A stretch of DNA of 64,000 nucleotides from Octopus vulgaris (lineage: Eukaryota): assembly GCA_951406725.2 (NCBI GenBank), contig OX597820.1, forward strand, positions 91,636,001-91,700,000, read 5' to 3'. The position numbers were made by a program, and so were the translations under genes. This document shows, in pieces, positions 1-13,211 of this stretch (position 1 is its first letter; each line of letters starts with the position of its first letter). The notes beneath the pieces are model-generated. The model did no database searches. It worked only from the letters and a program-made list of their open reading frames with translations, and was not told where the DNA came from.

Positions 1-1939
1 TATTAACAAAAATCCAAGCTATCAAGTGGTTTCATTCAGCTGTTTCTAAGAAATTAGGTTTTATGATAATGAAGAATGGAAATAAATAAAAATTACATAT
101 CTTCTTTACTCACGACTATTCATTTTAGTGAAAATTATTGACATTACATTTTGTGATTACGTTTTTTTTTTCTTTTTATGGAAGCGGTTGCTTTGTCGAG
201 CAAAGCATTTGTGTCCAAACACCAGTGAAACAGAAAAGATTTCTTTCAGCTTTGAACTCTGTAAATCGGCATCTATATATTATATGTAGTCATATGTAGA
301 GGAAAATAATTTTACTGGGTTGAAACTCCCGAGCGGATAGATTTGGGAATGGTGGATAATGCGTGTAGAAATGGTGAGAGACTATGTATATATTAATAGG
401 TTATGCAAATGCTTTGGATGCACATATTTGGTTTTCGCCGAGAGTAGCTAATTCAGATCATATCAGATCAGCAGAAACCATCGTAGAAGTGTTGGAGTAG
501 CGAGTAGGCGGAGAGATGAGAAAATTCACCAGTAGTATAATAATTGCTGAAATTTTCTTTTAGATCCTAGATTTTATGAAATGTTGTATTATATCCTTGT
601 TCTTTTATTTCTTTGAGTTTATGGTAAAGATTATGCCAAAAGCATTCATACTTCGCCCTTGGGTCGATGAGATTGAAAAGTGAACATTCGTCTCGAACCG
701 GTTCTAAGTCGGCAGCTGAAATAGTATGAGCAAGAAAAAAATTACTGGGTGCCACATACTTTATAAGAAGAAATAGTGAATATTGCAGGGTTCGGAATAC
801 CAAGAGAAATTTCCCTAAGTTCGGTGTCGACTCAGTAAATGCAGCCAGTTTCTGGGGAGCAGAGGCAACAGTAATATCCATAGAAAAGTGAGAAAGTACA
901 CACATAAAATCCGTGAACCATAGTTTGAAAAGTGAGAGGCTTCATACGAGTCAGTCGTATTCCTTATTCATAGTGCCTGAATTTGTGTCTACATTGGAAC
1001 AGTAATGCATCTCTAGATGCATCTGAGTTTTGTATAGGGTTAGTTATTGGGGATGACGTAATATGTGTTTGTAGAAATGAAGGCCAATCTTTGTGGGCAG
1101 TCTTTGCTATATTTAGGATTTTTTATCAACTGGAGAGTTTCTAATTGATTTCTAACATTTATAGTTCTATCGAAATTCCAGGTTTGATTTATTTTGAAAT
1201 ATACATAATCATTGCGTGTTTATGCTATTGATAGATAGATAGAGAGAGAGAGAGTTAAAGTTACCACCTCAATGAACAATGTTTTCGAGATTTTTCTGTT
1301 ATAGACTCTACACAGATTTGATCTGTCTTGATTGCATGCGATCGATGCTAAAGCGCAAAAGATTAGTAAGATATATCAAGTGCTTTTGTCTGGCTAAGTC
1401 TGGAGGTTTTTGATAAACGGTAAGAAGAGTGGAGAGAACACAACGGGAGCTCACAGATGGTGTCAGAAAATGGTACATTAGTACACACCACGACTGAATC
1501 ATTAAGACACAAGCCACTGTTTGAGTGGAAGATTAGACTGTAAGGGTGGGAAATTTTGTCAGGTAATTCGTGTGCTAGACACAGTAGCTATCTTTTGTGG
1601 AGTCGAGAGCAAAGTCGCAGCTTCAAACAAATTTCTGGAGACAAAGACGATAGGGGGCTTGTAAGTCTGAAGTTACAAAAGTGACAAGGTAATTAGCAGG
1701 TGAATGTTCTTCCTTTCATTGAAGAATTAGGATTTGTAATAGTTGTCTGGATCACCGTTGTGCCGTTGAAAGTGAACGCTATAAGATTATATTTGGCAAT
1801 AACAATTAGGTTTCACACTGTAGGCGTCGAATACAATGTCGTCTGTTTCTATACAATAAGATACTTATCTGAATTTATTAGTTGAGGACATATAGTAGCT
1901 CTGCAACACATAGTCTGATGGTAATATTGTCAGGAAATT

Positions 1940-2340
1940 AAGGCGGCGAGCTGGCGGAAAAGTCAGCACGTCAGGCGAAATGCTTAGCAGCATTTCGCCT
2001 GCCGCAACATTCTGAGTTCAAATTCCGCCGAGGTTGACTTTGCCTTTCATCCTCTCGGGGTCGATTAAATAAGTACCAGTTACGCACTGGGGTCGATATA
2101 ATCGTCTCAATCCGTTTGTCTGTCCTTGTTTGTCCTCTCTGTGTTTAGCCCCTTGTGGGTAGTATAGAAATAGGTATTTCGTCTGTCTTTGCGTTCTGAG
2201 TTCAAATTCCGCCATGATCTGCTTTCTCTTTCATCCTTTCCGGATCGATAAACTAAGTACAAGTTGCGTAGTGTGGTCGATCTACTCAACTGGCTTCTTC
2301 CCTAAAAATTTCGGGCTGTGTGCCTAAAGTAGAAAATAAT
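1940..2340 (+). mobile_element. tRNA-derived SINE, family A (GGCGGCGAGCTGGC.. head), with partial second unit
   Basis: Pol III A-box/B-box-like head (GAGCTGGC..; GAGTTCAAATTCC) followed by TTTCATCCT..GGGGTCGAT.AA.TAAGTACCAG (resembles the Meta-SINE central domain); more than 8 similar copies in the window. Confidence 0.85.
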
Positions 2341-2357
2341 ATCTGAACTATTTTTTA

Positions 2358-2520
2358 AAGGCGGCGAGCTGGCAGAATCATTAGCACGCTGGGCGAAAAG
2401 CTTAGCGGCATTTCGTCTGTCTTTACGTTATGAGTTCAAATTCTGCCGAGATCTACTTTGCCTTTTCATCCTTTCGGGGGCGATAAATTTCGGGCCTTCT
2501 ATCTGAAGTAGAAAAGAATA
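2358..2520 (+). mobile_element. SINE family A, internally deleted copy
   Basis: AAGGCGGCGAGCTGGCAGAA head and GAGTTCAAATTC B box; matches 1940 copy. Confidence 0.8.
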
Positions 2521-4477
2521 ATGTCAGAAAATATTATTATCAGATCAGAAACATTTCCATGGTTTGTGGCCTACTCAGTTTGAAACAGGCGGTGATGTTT
2601 TTGCACTCAGACTAAAGGCTTACGTAGCGGTGATCCGGGTGAGAAATGGTGGAAAAGAATATTCCGTAGAGAATACTGTTTTTTTTTCCGAAGAGGCTTC
2701 TGAAAATTTGACCCGTTCAGAGTTAATTTAGCTACTTGACTACAATTACAGCTATACTTTATATACTTCGATTATACTTACACTTGGTTTTCCTGACTAC
2801 ATTTCTTTGTGGTTCTTATATTTATTTTGCTGAGCATCACGAAGGACTCAATGAAAAGGCTCAACTGCTTGCTTGACATTCAGCTCTTTCTTCTTAATAT
2901 AAGGATGCACATTGATCAGGATAATCAAGATATCTCAACCTCAGAGGAGCGATCCTTCAGTTTTTCAATCCCTCAGAGGAGGGATTGAACTGTTACAATA
3001 CTTTTAACACAAAATAATCTGGTTCTGTCACTGATGACAGTCAAACGCTCATCGACAGCTAGTGCAGTGAAAGTGTCTTGTATATAATGGCTAAAAAAAA
3101 AAACTCGTGTTAAAATGGTCAAATTTAAACCTTATTGATATGGATTTGTTACTGAATTACATATATATTTGTTACTGAATTACATATATATTTGAAGCTT
3201 TCTAATAATTTTACACAGGTGATAGTTCGCAAGATGTATTAATTTGCATCTAGCAATGATTTTAACCTCTCTGTTTGACTTTGCAAGGTTATGTTGAAGT
3301 TGCCCACTATCAAATTAGTGTAGAATGTGATCCCCGTAAAGGGGTACCAATTCATCCTTTGTATACCCAGAATTATTTGTGTATGTAACACACATACACA
3401 CACACACACATATATATGTATGTATGTATGGTTGCGTGTGGGTGTGAGTGTGCGTGTATGAGACCGTGTGGGCCTATGATTGTGTAAATGTGTCTGTAAA
3501 TAGTGTAAGCGAACGTTCAAAATATGTGTTCACATTAATAATATTAGACACAAATCTACAGAAAATAAAAATTAGTAAAACCGGTGGGAACCAATTCTAT
3601 ATCTTCTGGGTGCTCAATTCATGTCGAAAATCAATGAATTAATAAATTTATATTACGTCTCTCTTTTCGTTATCCTTTGCTTGATATTAATCAAAGCAGC
3701 TGCAATGGGTCGACAGAATTTTTCTTCTATTATCAATTCGACAGTTGTAGGAATTAGTTTCACCACAAAATAAATCCCTTAACTATGCCATACAAGATTG
3801 AAAGATACATTTACAGGATATCCATTAAAGATGAGCGAATACAATATTAAAATATATCATGCTACAAATTGTTGCACTGAATGTTTATTTTTTTAAAAAA
3901 TTATTACAATAATGAATTTTATTAAAACAGGAAGAAATGAAGAAAGAATAAATAATTATTTCTGTTTTGATTGTAGCTAATGTTATTGTACTTCCTTTAC
4001 TTTGAATTTGTGTTAGAATCAAGATTTATACAAAGTTTTAATTACAGATTATTATTTATTTCAGTTTGTCGCATTTTATGCCTAGGATTTAGTTTTATTT
4101 GTTTCATTGCCCTTTTCTTATAGTATATGAATAATATTAAATATTGAAACCCGCATTTTGTTTCAGCATACAATCAGCCACGTGCAAATATGTATGAAGT
4201 AACATGGAGTTAGATATAAATACATTAATACAGCGGATATACTCACCTTTCGCTTCCCTCTTAATGTTTTAGTTCATATTTTAATGATTCAGTTAGTGTT
4301 GTAATTATTTGCTACGCAAATTATATATCAAATGTATACATATATAATATCTTCATATTAGTTCTAATTATTAGAGATTAGCACAAAAAAATCTATCTTA
4401 AATAAATGAAAATATCAAAACGCTATAGTCTTCACAAATACATATGCATATATATATATATATATATGTATAATCTC

Positions 4478-4560
4478 AGGTGTACCCGCTGAAGAAGTCT
4501 TCGCCCAGCAAATTATCTTATTTGCTAAAAAAAAGTCTGAACCAGCGAGTTAATTGGTAA
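4478..4560 (+). ncRNA. Decayed hammerhead-ribozyme-like motif
   Basis: CTGAAGA 4489-4495; stem II AGTCTT/AAGTCT (one mismatch) with inner AGCAAAT/ATTTGCT hairpin; GAAC (one A short of GAAA); stem III ACCAG/TTGGT followed by A; stem I not found. Confidence 0.35.
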
Positions 4561-4790
4561 ATGTTTTCATTTTTCATTCCTTTCGAAATGTTATCCCTAA
4601 TAGTGGTTGGGAATTGAACTGTTCTCTCTAGCGTGCAAGAGATCCTATGATGGATACCTCTTATGTGTTTAAATGTGCAATGTAGTTATATATATATATA
4701 TATACATTACAGTATATTTGAAATAGATAAGAATTTACATAGAAGCATATAGATAAGTACACACAAATATTTGTGTGTATGTGTGTGTGC

Positions 4791-4846
<56 letters not shown>

Positions 4847-4876
4847 CTCTCTGTACATATATACGTATATATGTCG

Positions 4877-5702
4877 CGCTGTTTCCCAGTAGCTTCTCGC
4901 TACTGGCGCCACCAAAGAGGATCAATATTGTAGTTTGAAGATTGACGTTTTGTGTTTTTTTTCTGTTTGTGCATTTATTATATGTTTTTAAAACTTATTA
5001 TTTAATGGAATGCCGCGTGCTGTCACTTATTTTGCTTATAGTGTTTTTATATGTTCGTACGTCTGCTCCTGTTGCTTCACTTCTTCTCACTCTCTTTCAC
5101 TCTCTCTTTCCTCTCTTTCTCTTTCCCTCTTTCTCTCCTTTCTTTTTCTACCTATCTACGGTGCTGCTGTATGTTTCTGTCATTTGCCTTCTCTCTTCCG
5201 CCCCCTCTCTGCTCTCTGTGTTTCTCTCTCCTCTTAAACACTCTTCTCACTTCTACTACTGACACCTAATCCGTGGTTATAGCCACTACTATTTTCACTT
5301 TTCCTTTTCACGCCGACTGCCGAAGCGACTGGTTGTATCTTTCTTGTCTTTAACTTTCAACAAGCTGCGCTGTCTCTCTGTTGTCCTGTTTTTAATACTT
5401 TAGGCTATCCTCCTGGTGTTAACCATATATTTTTGTCTCTTGTCTAGTCCTAAGGCCTTATTCTGTTTATTTATTTCATCTTTTTCGTATGACCACATTT
5501 ACTTCTCTTTCTTTTCGTCTCTGTTCCTCATCCGTCCACTAATGACAATTATTTATTTCGTATATGCTCTTTTCTTCATATTTGCATATTTATTGCTTGT
5601 TTGCTTGTTTGTTCATTTTCTATTATGTTTGGTGTTTTGTTCGTTGGCTCGCTGTTTCCCGGCAGCTTCCCACTGCCAGCGCCATCAGAGGAGATCAATA
5701 TT
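4877..5702. repeat. Diverged ~53-bp direct repeats (4877-4929, 5650-5702) flanking a CT-rich segment
   Basis: CGCTGTTTCCC.G.AGCTTC.C.CT.C.GCGCCA.CA.AG..GATCAATATT seen twice. Confidence 0.6.
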
Positions 5703-6173
5703 TTTGTTCGAAGGCGCGAAATTGTATTGCTCCTTTCGCCGAGAGCTGTTGAAGGTTTGGCGACATTTTGAGTCTGATTTCCGTTTGTGCATTTATTATA
5801 TATATATATTACATAATATTATTAGGATTGGCTAGGAATCAATGAGGAAATTGTTAATAGCAGTTTCAGATAGAAATGATACATGTATCATATACACTGA
5901 CAGAAAGACCCCTCCCTGGAATGTTTTTTGCCAGTAGATAAATTACATTTACACATCTCATTCCCAACATGTGTACTTATTCTAATATATTACGTCCAAT
6001 TTTCCATTGAATCTTATTTGTTTAATAGTACTCAGTAAATTAGGGATGTAATTACAGAAATGTGCCCCACCGAAATTGTTTCACAATTAAAAAAGACGCA
6101 TTTTTTCTGAAAGGTATGATTAATGAATTACGATATGTGACTCATCCAAAATTATTTTGACTTATAGAATTTC

Positions 6174-7734
6174 TGGTTATAATAAACGTGCAATTAACGG
6201 GGTGGATTCGAAAACAGCCCACTTTTATATTTCAATGAATCTGTATCCATTTACCATCACATCCATTTGTATTTAAAAATTTATTTTCTGTATTCACAAA
6301 CGTATTTGAAACGTTTTTTAATGAGTAGGAATAAGATATCTAAATCGTTTACATTTGAATTTTATGAGAATGTCATGGAGAAAGGAAACGATGAAAGATA
6401 TTTCATGCATATCAACTTTTCCCTATCGTTTGACTGATTTAATTGCCACTTGTTGAAAAAGCAAATTACCTTTGTGCCCCATGTGGTTTCTGCTTCTTCT
6501 AGCATACTAAATGGTCACGTAGGAGACGGACCACCGTTGTGCTTGTTGAAAAGAGAGAATGATTAAGATTCGCTAAAATAATGAAGAAAATGCATATTCA
6601 ATAATTATTGTTAAATTTGTACCTCCCGTTTTGCAATTATTTCGTTTAGAGAATTTTCCTGAAAGGGCAAAACTGTCCTTATAAGTAATTGCTTTACAAC
6701 TTAATTGTAATGAAATTATCAACATGTTTGATGAAAAACAAATTCGAGATACGTGCCATGACCCCCTACTCATTTTTTCTCAGAAAGTTCTTATAGACCC
6801 TTAATCTCTACAAACAGAAATGCATCTGTAGAGAAATTCATTAAAAAAATTACACGTTTTCCTGAAAGTTATGAGGAAACAAATTCAGCATGATGGTAAA
6901 TGGATATATTTCTGTAGTTACTCCCAACTAGCGAAAGTAAATTAAAGTCATTTTTTTTTATTTATTCAGATTTCTATTTCTTCAACAATACCTTACAAAT
7001 ATGAAAGGATACCAACATTAACATAAAGCAGTTGACATTGGACTAAACTTATAATTTGTATAAAGTAAACATTTGCAAATATTTGGGCAACATTTATAGT
7101 TCTTGAAGTATAAACAAATGTTAAGTACTCCACAGCATTAAACTGAAATGTCTAACGGAATACGATTTTTGATTGAAACGTGTAATTGAAATATTCAATA
7201 ACAACACCAACTTCAAAACCGCATTTGGTTAAAACTATATTAAAACTGGAATATGTAAATATTTTCTACATATTCTAGCCTTTAATGATTGCTTTCTTTT
7301 AGTAAAAGTTACATAACACCAACTAATTAAGCATATTTTTCCATTATAATGTTACTTGAATATTTCTGAAATATTGCAAACTCATCTACCTAGAAATTTG
7401 TCGACAGCAGTTTAACACGGTGGACTCTTTTTACCTGTCAAACTCAGCAATATTATTGATATCTAATCATTTCCAGGTACTCATTGCTATAACCTACATA
7501 TACTGTTTACGTGTTCTACCCATAAAGTACGATGGTTAATTAGTTTAAAATACACGTACTTCATGTGGTTATACATTACAATACATATATTCTGAAAATA
7601 GAAATTTATTTTGTCAGTAAAAATGAAATATTTAAGCCAGAAAACAAATTATGCAATGCACAGATTGATGATTGAAATATAAAAGGTGGCTATTTTTGAA
7701 GTCTACCCCGTTAATTGCACGTTTATTATGATCA
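6174..7734. repeat. ~65-bp inverted repeats (6174-6238 / 7671-7734), possible old non-autonomous DNA transposon
   Basis: ATAATAAACGTGCAATTAACGGGGT..TTTTATATTTCAAT matches the reverse complement of ATTGAAATATAAAA..ACCCCGTTAATTGCACGTTTATTAT. Confidence 0.65.
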
Positions 7735-8044
7735 AAAGCTATACAAATCAAACACAATAAACTGACATGTTATCCAACGCAGCTGCTATAACAGCGTAGA
7801 GATTATTTAGTTCCATCATTAAATAATTTTCAAACATCACAGAAATATGTTCTTGTTTCAAATGGATTTACCTTTCACAATTGTGTTGGCCATCTTTGAT
7901 TTTCACCGTAATGTTAATTATGTTAAACGAAGTAGTTTATTTTCAACTATCATAGTCTGATAAAACAATTCTTCCATAGACGTGGGCGTCTGTATGCGTG
8001 TGTGTGTGTATGTGTGTGTGTGTGTGTGTCTGAGTATTCTTTTA

Positions 8045-8332
8045 ATCTTTTACTTGTTTTAGTCATTGGAATGCAGCCATGCTGGAACACCGCTTGAAGG
8101 TCTTAGTTGAAAAAGTTGGCACCAGGACTTATTGTTTTATGCTGAGTTCTTATTATATCCATCTGTTTTGCCGAACCGCTACGATACGGGAACGTAAACA
8201 CAACAACAGCGGTTGTGAAGCGGTGATGGGGAACAAGCAAAGACACAGACATACACCCATAGATACACAGAGACACACACGCACACACACACACATACAC
8301 AGACACACAAACACACATACACAGACACACAA

Positions 8333-8367
<35 letters not shown>

Positions 8368-8525
8368 CAAAACAGGCTTCTTTAAGTTTCCGTCTACCAA
8401 GTCAACTCAGAAGACTGGTCGACATGTGGCGATATTAGAACTTACTTGCCCTAGGTGCAAGTAGTGGGACTGAACCCGGAACTAAGTGATTGGTATTCAA
8501 GCTTCTCACCACACAGCCACGCATG
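8045..8525 (-). mobile_element. tRNA-derived CORE-type SINE, family B (octopus OR-like)
   Basis: Minus strand reads GTGGCTGTGTGG (A box)..GGGTTCAGTCCC (B box)..GGGCAAGT, with an internal TA/TG tract; matches 10748 and 45664 copies. Confidence 0.8.
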
Positions 8526-8961
8526 TGCATATATGCATAATTATATTCCTCAAACAAAAGAAATACGCATCACAAATATACTATTACCTTATGTGAGTAC
8601 CTGAGGGATATACGGACTGCGTGGGGAGAAAATGAATGGGAAGGAAAAAGGGAAGATCAAAAGGGATTTTATGCTTTGCCTAACCACAAGCGTAAGCTAA
8701 ATTAGATAATAAATCAGGATCAGACAGCAACCGCTATGTGGAGGACTATGTCGTGTTATTTCCCCTTAATAGAAAGAAGACAGACGTGCGAATAGATAAT
8801 ATACATAAACAGGCTGGTAAAGAACGTCTTTTTGTCGAGATTATAAAACATCATGTCGCTAAGGAATTGTGGTTTGTTTTCTGATAGTTGCACTAGTCTA
8901 TACACCCACTTATTTCCGAAAACATGCACACACACACACTCTCTCTCTTCTCCCTCCCCCT

Positions 8962-9023
<62 letters not shown>

Positions 9024-9089
9024 TTATCTATCTCTATCACTCAGAGACACACATACGTATACAAGCACCTCTTGTTTCTTTCTGTGTTC

Positions 9090-9223
9090 CTTTCTGTGGA
9101 AAAGCGAAGGCTCGAAACTTTAAAGACTTTAAAGACATTTTCACTTCCCGAGCGTTAAACTAATACATCTGTTTGTTGTCTACACCACCTGTCTTCGTCT
9201 TTTGTTTTTTTGTGAATTCTCCC

Positions 9224-9225
<2 letters not shown>
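9090..9225 (+). mobile_element. Penelope-like terminal repeat fragment with decayed minimal hammerhead-like motif
   Basis: CTGTGGA-A-AAGC-gaag-GCTC-GAAAC then CCCGAGCGTTAAACTAATAC..CACCTGTCTTCGTCTTTTG ending in (TA)n; related copies at 32830 and 58800. Confidence 0.5.
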
Positions 9226-9255
<30 letters not shown>

Positions 9256-9279
9256 CGTGTGTGTATATATAGTAACAAA

Positions 9280-10068
9280 CTAAGGAAAGGAATTCCTTCA
9301 CAGAGATGTGTAAAACAACCACTTCACTAGTACGGCTATGTTTGCAGAAAGGAAAGTTGAAAAGGGAAACCGAAAGTTTGGTACTAGCTGCACAAGACCA
9401 AGCATTAATGATTAATTGGATACAATCCAAGATAGAGAAAACCAAGTTGATTCCCAATGTAGATTATCAAGAAAGGAAAGCGTTACTTGTACAGTAAATT
9501 AGTGAAGAATGCTGGCACAGAAAGAATTTTAAAACAAGACATGACAATCTAGGAGAGTAATCTACTGAGAGCAATGTAGAAAACTATGATTTAAACATAC
9601 TTATAAATGGTATGACCATGAACGTAGTAAAGTACTAGAATATAAGAATTATAAGATGTGGGGTTTCAATACTCAGATTGACAAGTAATAGAAGATAGAA
9701 AGCTTGATGTGGCAGAAGTAAATAAAGAGAATAGAAAGTCCTAGATAATTGACTTTACAGTCCCAAATGATGAAAATATTAATATGAAACGCATAGAAAA
9801 AATAGCAAAGTACCAGGAGCTAGCTATTGAATTACATAGACTATGGAAAGTGCGGGTAGAATATATCCCAGTTGTTATAGGTACACTGGGAACTATTCCT
9901 AAAGGTCTGAAATAGAGGAAGTGGACATAAAGCTCTGAATAGAGGAAATAGGCATAATCCCTAAAGATCTGAATTGAGAAAATAGGTATAAAACCCAGAT
10001 CGGTATAGCTCCAGAAAACAGCGTTATTAGGGATAGCTAGGATACTTAGGAGGCTTGTTGGCATCTAA
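9280..10068 (+). mobile_element. Non-LTR retrotransposon 3' part, restriction-like endonuclease clade (R4/Dong-like), decayed
   Basis: Translations ETESLVLAAQDQAL, RHDN, IIDFTVPNDENINMKRIEKIAKYQELAIELHRLWKVRVEYIPVVIGTLGTIPKGL, LQKTALLGIARILRRLVGI*; frameshifts and stops; followed by a (TAA)n tract. Confidence 0.85.
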
Positions 10069-10167
10069 GATTAGTTGTCATAATCCGATAGGGGTGTTCT
10101 TGGCATCTAAGTTTACTTCTTGTTGCCTGGTGTTAGGCCTTTTTCCAACTGTCTAATCTGTTGAGTT

Positions 10168-10226
<59 letters not shown>

Positions 10227-10301
10227 TAACAATAATAATAATAATAATAATAGATAATAATAATAATAATAATAATGATAATAATAATAATAATAATAAT
10301 G

Positions 10302-10361
<60 letters not shown>

Positions 10362-10386
10362 GTAATAGTAATAATGATAATAGTAA
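10168..10386. repeat. (AAT)n microsatellite, probable tail/target of the upstream RLE LINE
   Basis: Direct reading. Confidence 0.95.
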
Positions 10387-10747
10387 TCCTTTCTACTAAA
10401 TGCACAAGACCAGCTATTTTGAGGAGGGTACTAAAGAAATTTAAGGATTCAAAGTGATATAAAAACGCTGAAATGACAGGATGGCAACTACAGGAATACC
10501 CTAGTTAATATATCTGCTCAATCAAGGCTGTCCTTTGGTAAAAACTCACGAAAAGCACTACCCATTCAGTTGTGTTCACATATACATATATTATCGCATC
10601 ACCTCTACTACTATTTTATCGTAAGGTAAGTATATTAATTAATATAGAATCTAAATACGCGCATACACCCGCCAATGCATGTATGTGCATGCCAACACAA
10701 TATACAGACGTATACTATGTGGCAAAGAAAAGTGTTACGATGGTATA

Positions 10748-11172
10748 CTCTTTACACTCTCTTTTACTCTTTTAATTGTTTCAGTCATTTGACTGCGGCC
10801 ATGCTGGAGCACCGCCTTTAATCGAGCAACTCGACACCGGGACTTATTTTTTTTGAAGCCCAGTACTTATTCTATCGGTCTCTTTTTGCCGAACCGCTAA
10901 GTGACGGGAACGTAAACACACCAGCATCAGTTGTCAAGCAATGCTAGAGGGACAAACACAGACACACAAACATATACACACACATACATATATATATATA
11001 TATACATATATACGACAGGCTTCTTTCAGTTTCCGTCTACCAAATCCACTCACTAGGCTTTGGTCGGCCCGAGGCTATAGTAGAAGACACTTGCCCAAGA
11101 TGCCACGCAGTGGGACTGAACCCAGAACCATGTGGCTGGTTAGCAAGCTACTTACCACACAGCCACTCCTGT
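10748..11172 (-). mobile_element. SINE family B, near full length
   Basis: A/B boxes, CTTGGGCAAGTGTCTTC CORE-like segment, (AAGAGTA)-type tail on the minus strand. Confidence 0.9.
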
Positions 11173-11895
11173 ATACTTAGACATAAAAATATATATAATA
11201 GTATTCATTAATACATTTTCTAGATAATTTCTGGAATAATAGACGTTTGCCTGTAAACACAATGCATAGTGTAGGATTCAAAAAATTTCGTTCCATGTTG
11301 TATGGAGTTCGAGATATATAAAATTAATAAAAGGAATCTTAAAATGAAATTATTTATTCGAATAATTGACTATTTCTATGAAAGTGTGCTACGAAAATAT
11401 TCTAAAGATGAGGTAGACATCAGAAATTTGTTTGACAAACTCATGAAAACTCATAGTTAATGTTAGCAATTACTTAGGTAAGGAAATATTTGGTGCAGGT
11501 TGATAGAAATTTCATGGTCACTTCTCGCGTAACACTGACGTACATGGAAGCACACTCAAACACTCACACAAACACACAAGCACACGCTCATACATGCATA
11601 CAGAGAATTTCTTTTTTTTTTTGTCGGTCAAATTTACTGTTGCACATATATTTGTTATGTTTAGTGTGAAATGAAAGCTTAGCAAATAACATACTTTGTA
11701 CGATGAATACTATTTTACGCAAACGATTCTCCATTTGTGTCTATCTCTCAGACAGACAAACGCACGTACACACTGTCTTTTTGTTTGTTTGTCTGTCGGT
11801 CTGCCTGTCTGTCTACCTTTCGGTCTCTCTCTCACTCTCTGTATATTTGAGGATATACATGTATGTGTGTATGCATATACATATATATACATCAT

Positions 11896-11928
<33 letters not shown>

Positions 11929-13012
11929 ATGAATGTATACATATATACATGCGTATACACACACATGCACATACGCTTAAACATGCATATATGTTAGCCT
12001 ACATGCATATAGGTGTGTTCATTGAACGTTAGTTTTGTTTAGTTTTAGACAATGTATAATTTAGTCTCTTCGTTTCAGAGTCCAGAATGATTTACGTTCA
12101 GGAATATTTATAAATGTTAGTCATTTGAAGGAAATACAGGAAACTAAGTGTATGTCTTTGGCCAGTGATAAATTCCGTTATTATTTTGCTCTTGTTTTTC
12201 TTTCTCAAATCTCGTTGGCTATTCTCAGTTCTCTAGATATAACTATTTTACCGCAAATCGATATCCTTTAATAAATATAGTCTATTACTATTAACTCAAA
12301 AGACAAAATTTAGATTTATCGTTATTTCGTTTATACTAAAAGACTGTCTATACATGTGAATTTTCAAACGATGATATATGCTGGAAATAATTGCTATGAT
12401 AACATGTTAGTTATTTTGGTGTTCAATTTTGTTAAAAGTATAGTATTAGGAATATACAGTGTGTAGATGATATTTAACATTATTCATGGATTAATTTTTG
12501 CTGCTTGATATAAATCAAAATTATAAAGAAAGAACGTTATTCACACAATACAGTAACTTTAGCAACAAATATGAAAAATATGACGCATCCGACATTCGAA
12601 TTTGCTTGTAATACTGTAATTGTAAACATTCAATAAAATGCTATGTGGTCTATGCAAATATGCTCAATATACGCCGGAAGAATTCCATCCAAGTATTGAA
12701 GGAATAGGTATATGCAAACATATGCAGTTTAAACATACAAACTCGCATATTTTACGCTATTTATACTGTAATTGTTTGCCTACCAAATGAGATGAAGTTT
12801 GAGTTGATTAAACTTTTAATAATGAAAATAGTTACGCTTTCTTATTCAATTGTTAAAATAACATGAATTATCTGAAATAGATATAAAGGGGGAGATATTT
12901 TAAAAGATTCATAAACTGCGTGGCGCTTTGGGCAAGTGTCTTCTACTATAGCCTCGGGTCGACCAAAGTCTTGAGAGTGGATCTGGTAGACAGAAACTGA
13001 AAGAAGCCCGTC

Positions 13013-13065
<53 letters not shown>

Positions 13066-13211
13066 TAGATGAATGAATTATCCTAGTATGGATAATTCGG
13101 CTAATCGATACCTGGGTAGCAAATTCACGTCAGTAAAACACGGTTAAAGTTACATGCCAAGGGCAGAACCCTGTGTTCGTATGTGGAAATTTGTGTGTTT
13201 TTTTTATATGA

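Noticed and set aside
3025-3060. CTGATGA at 3031, and similar heptamers at ~21200, 36770, 53270, 56585 and 62425
   Set aside because: No downstream stem II/GAAA/NUH in register; expected by chance
3146-3193. Short tandem duplications (24 bp here; also ~23541 and ~45386) as a CRISPR-like array
   Set aside because: Only two adjacent units with no spacers, in eukaryotic DNA; ordinary slippage duplications
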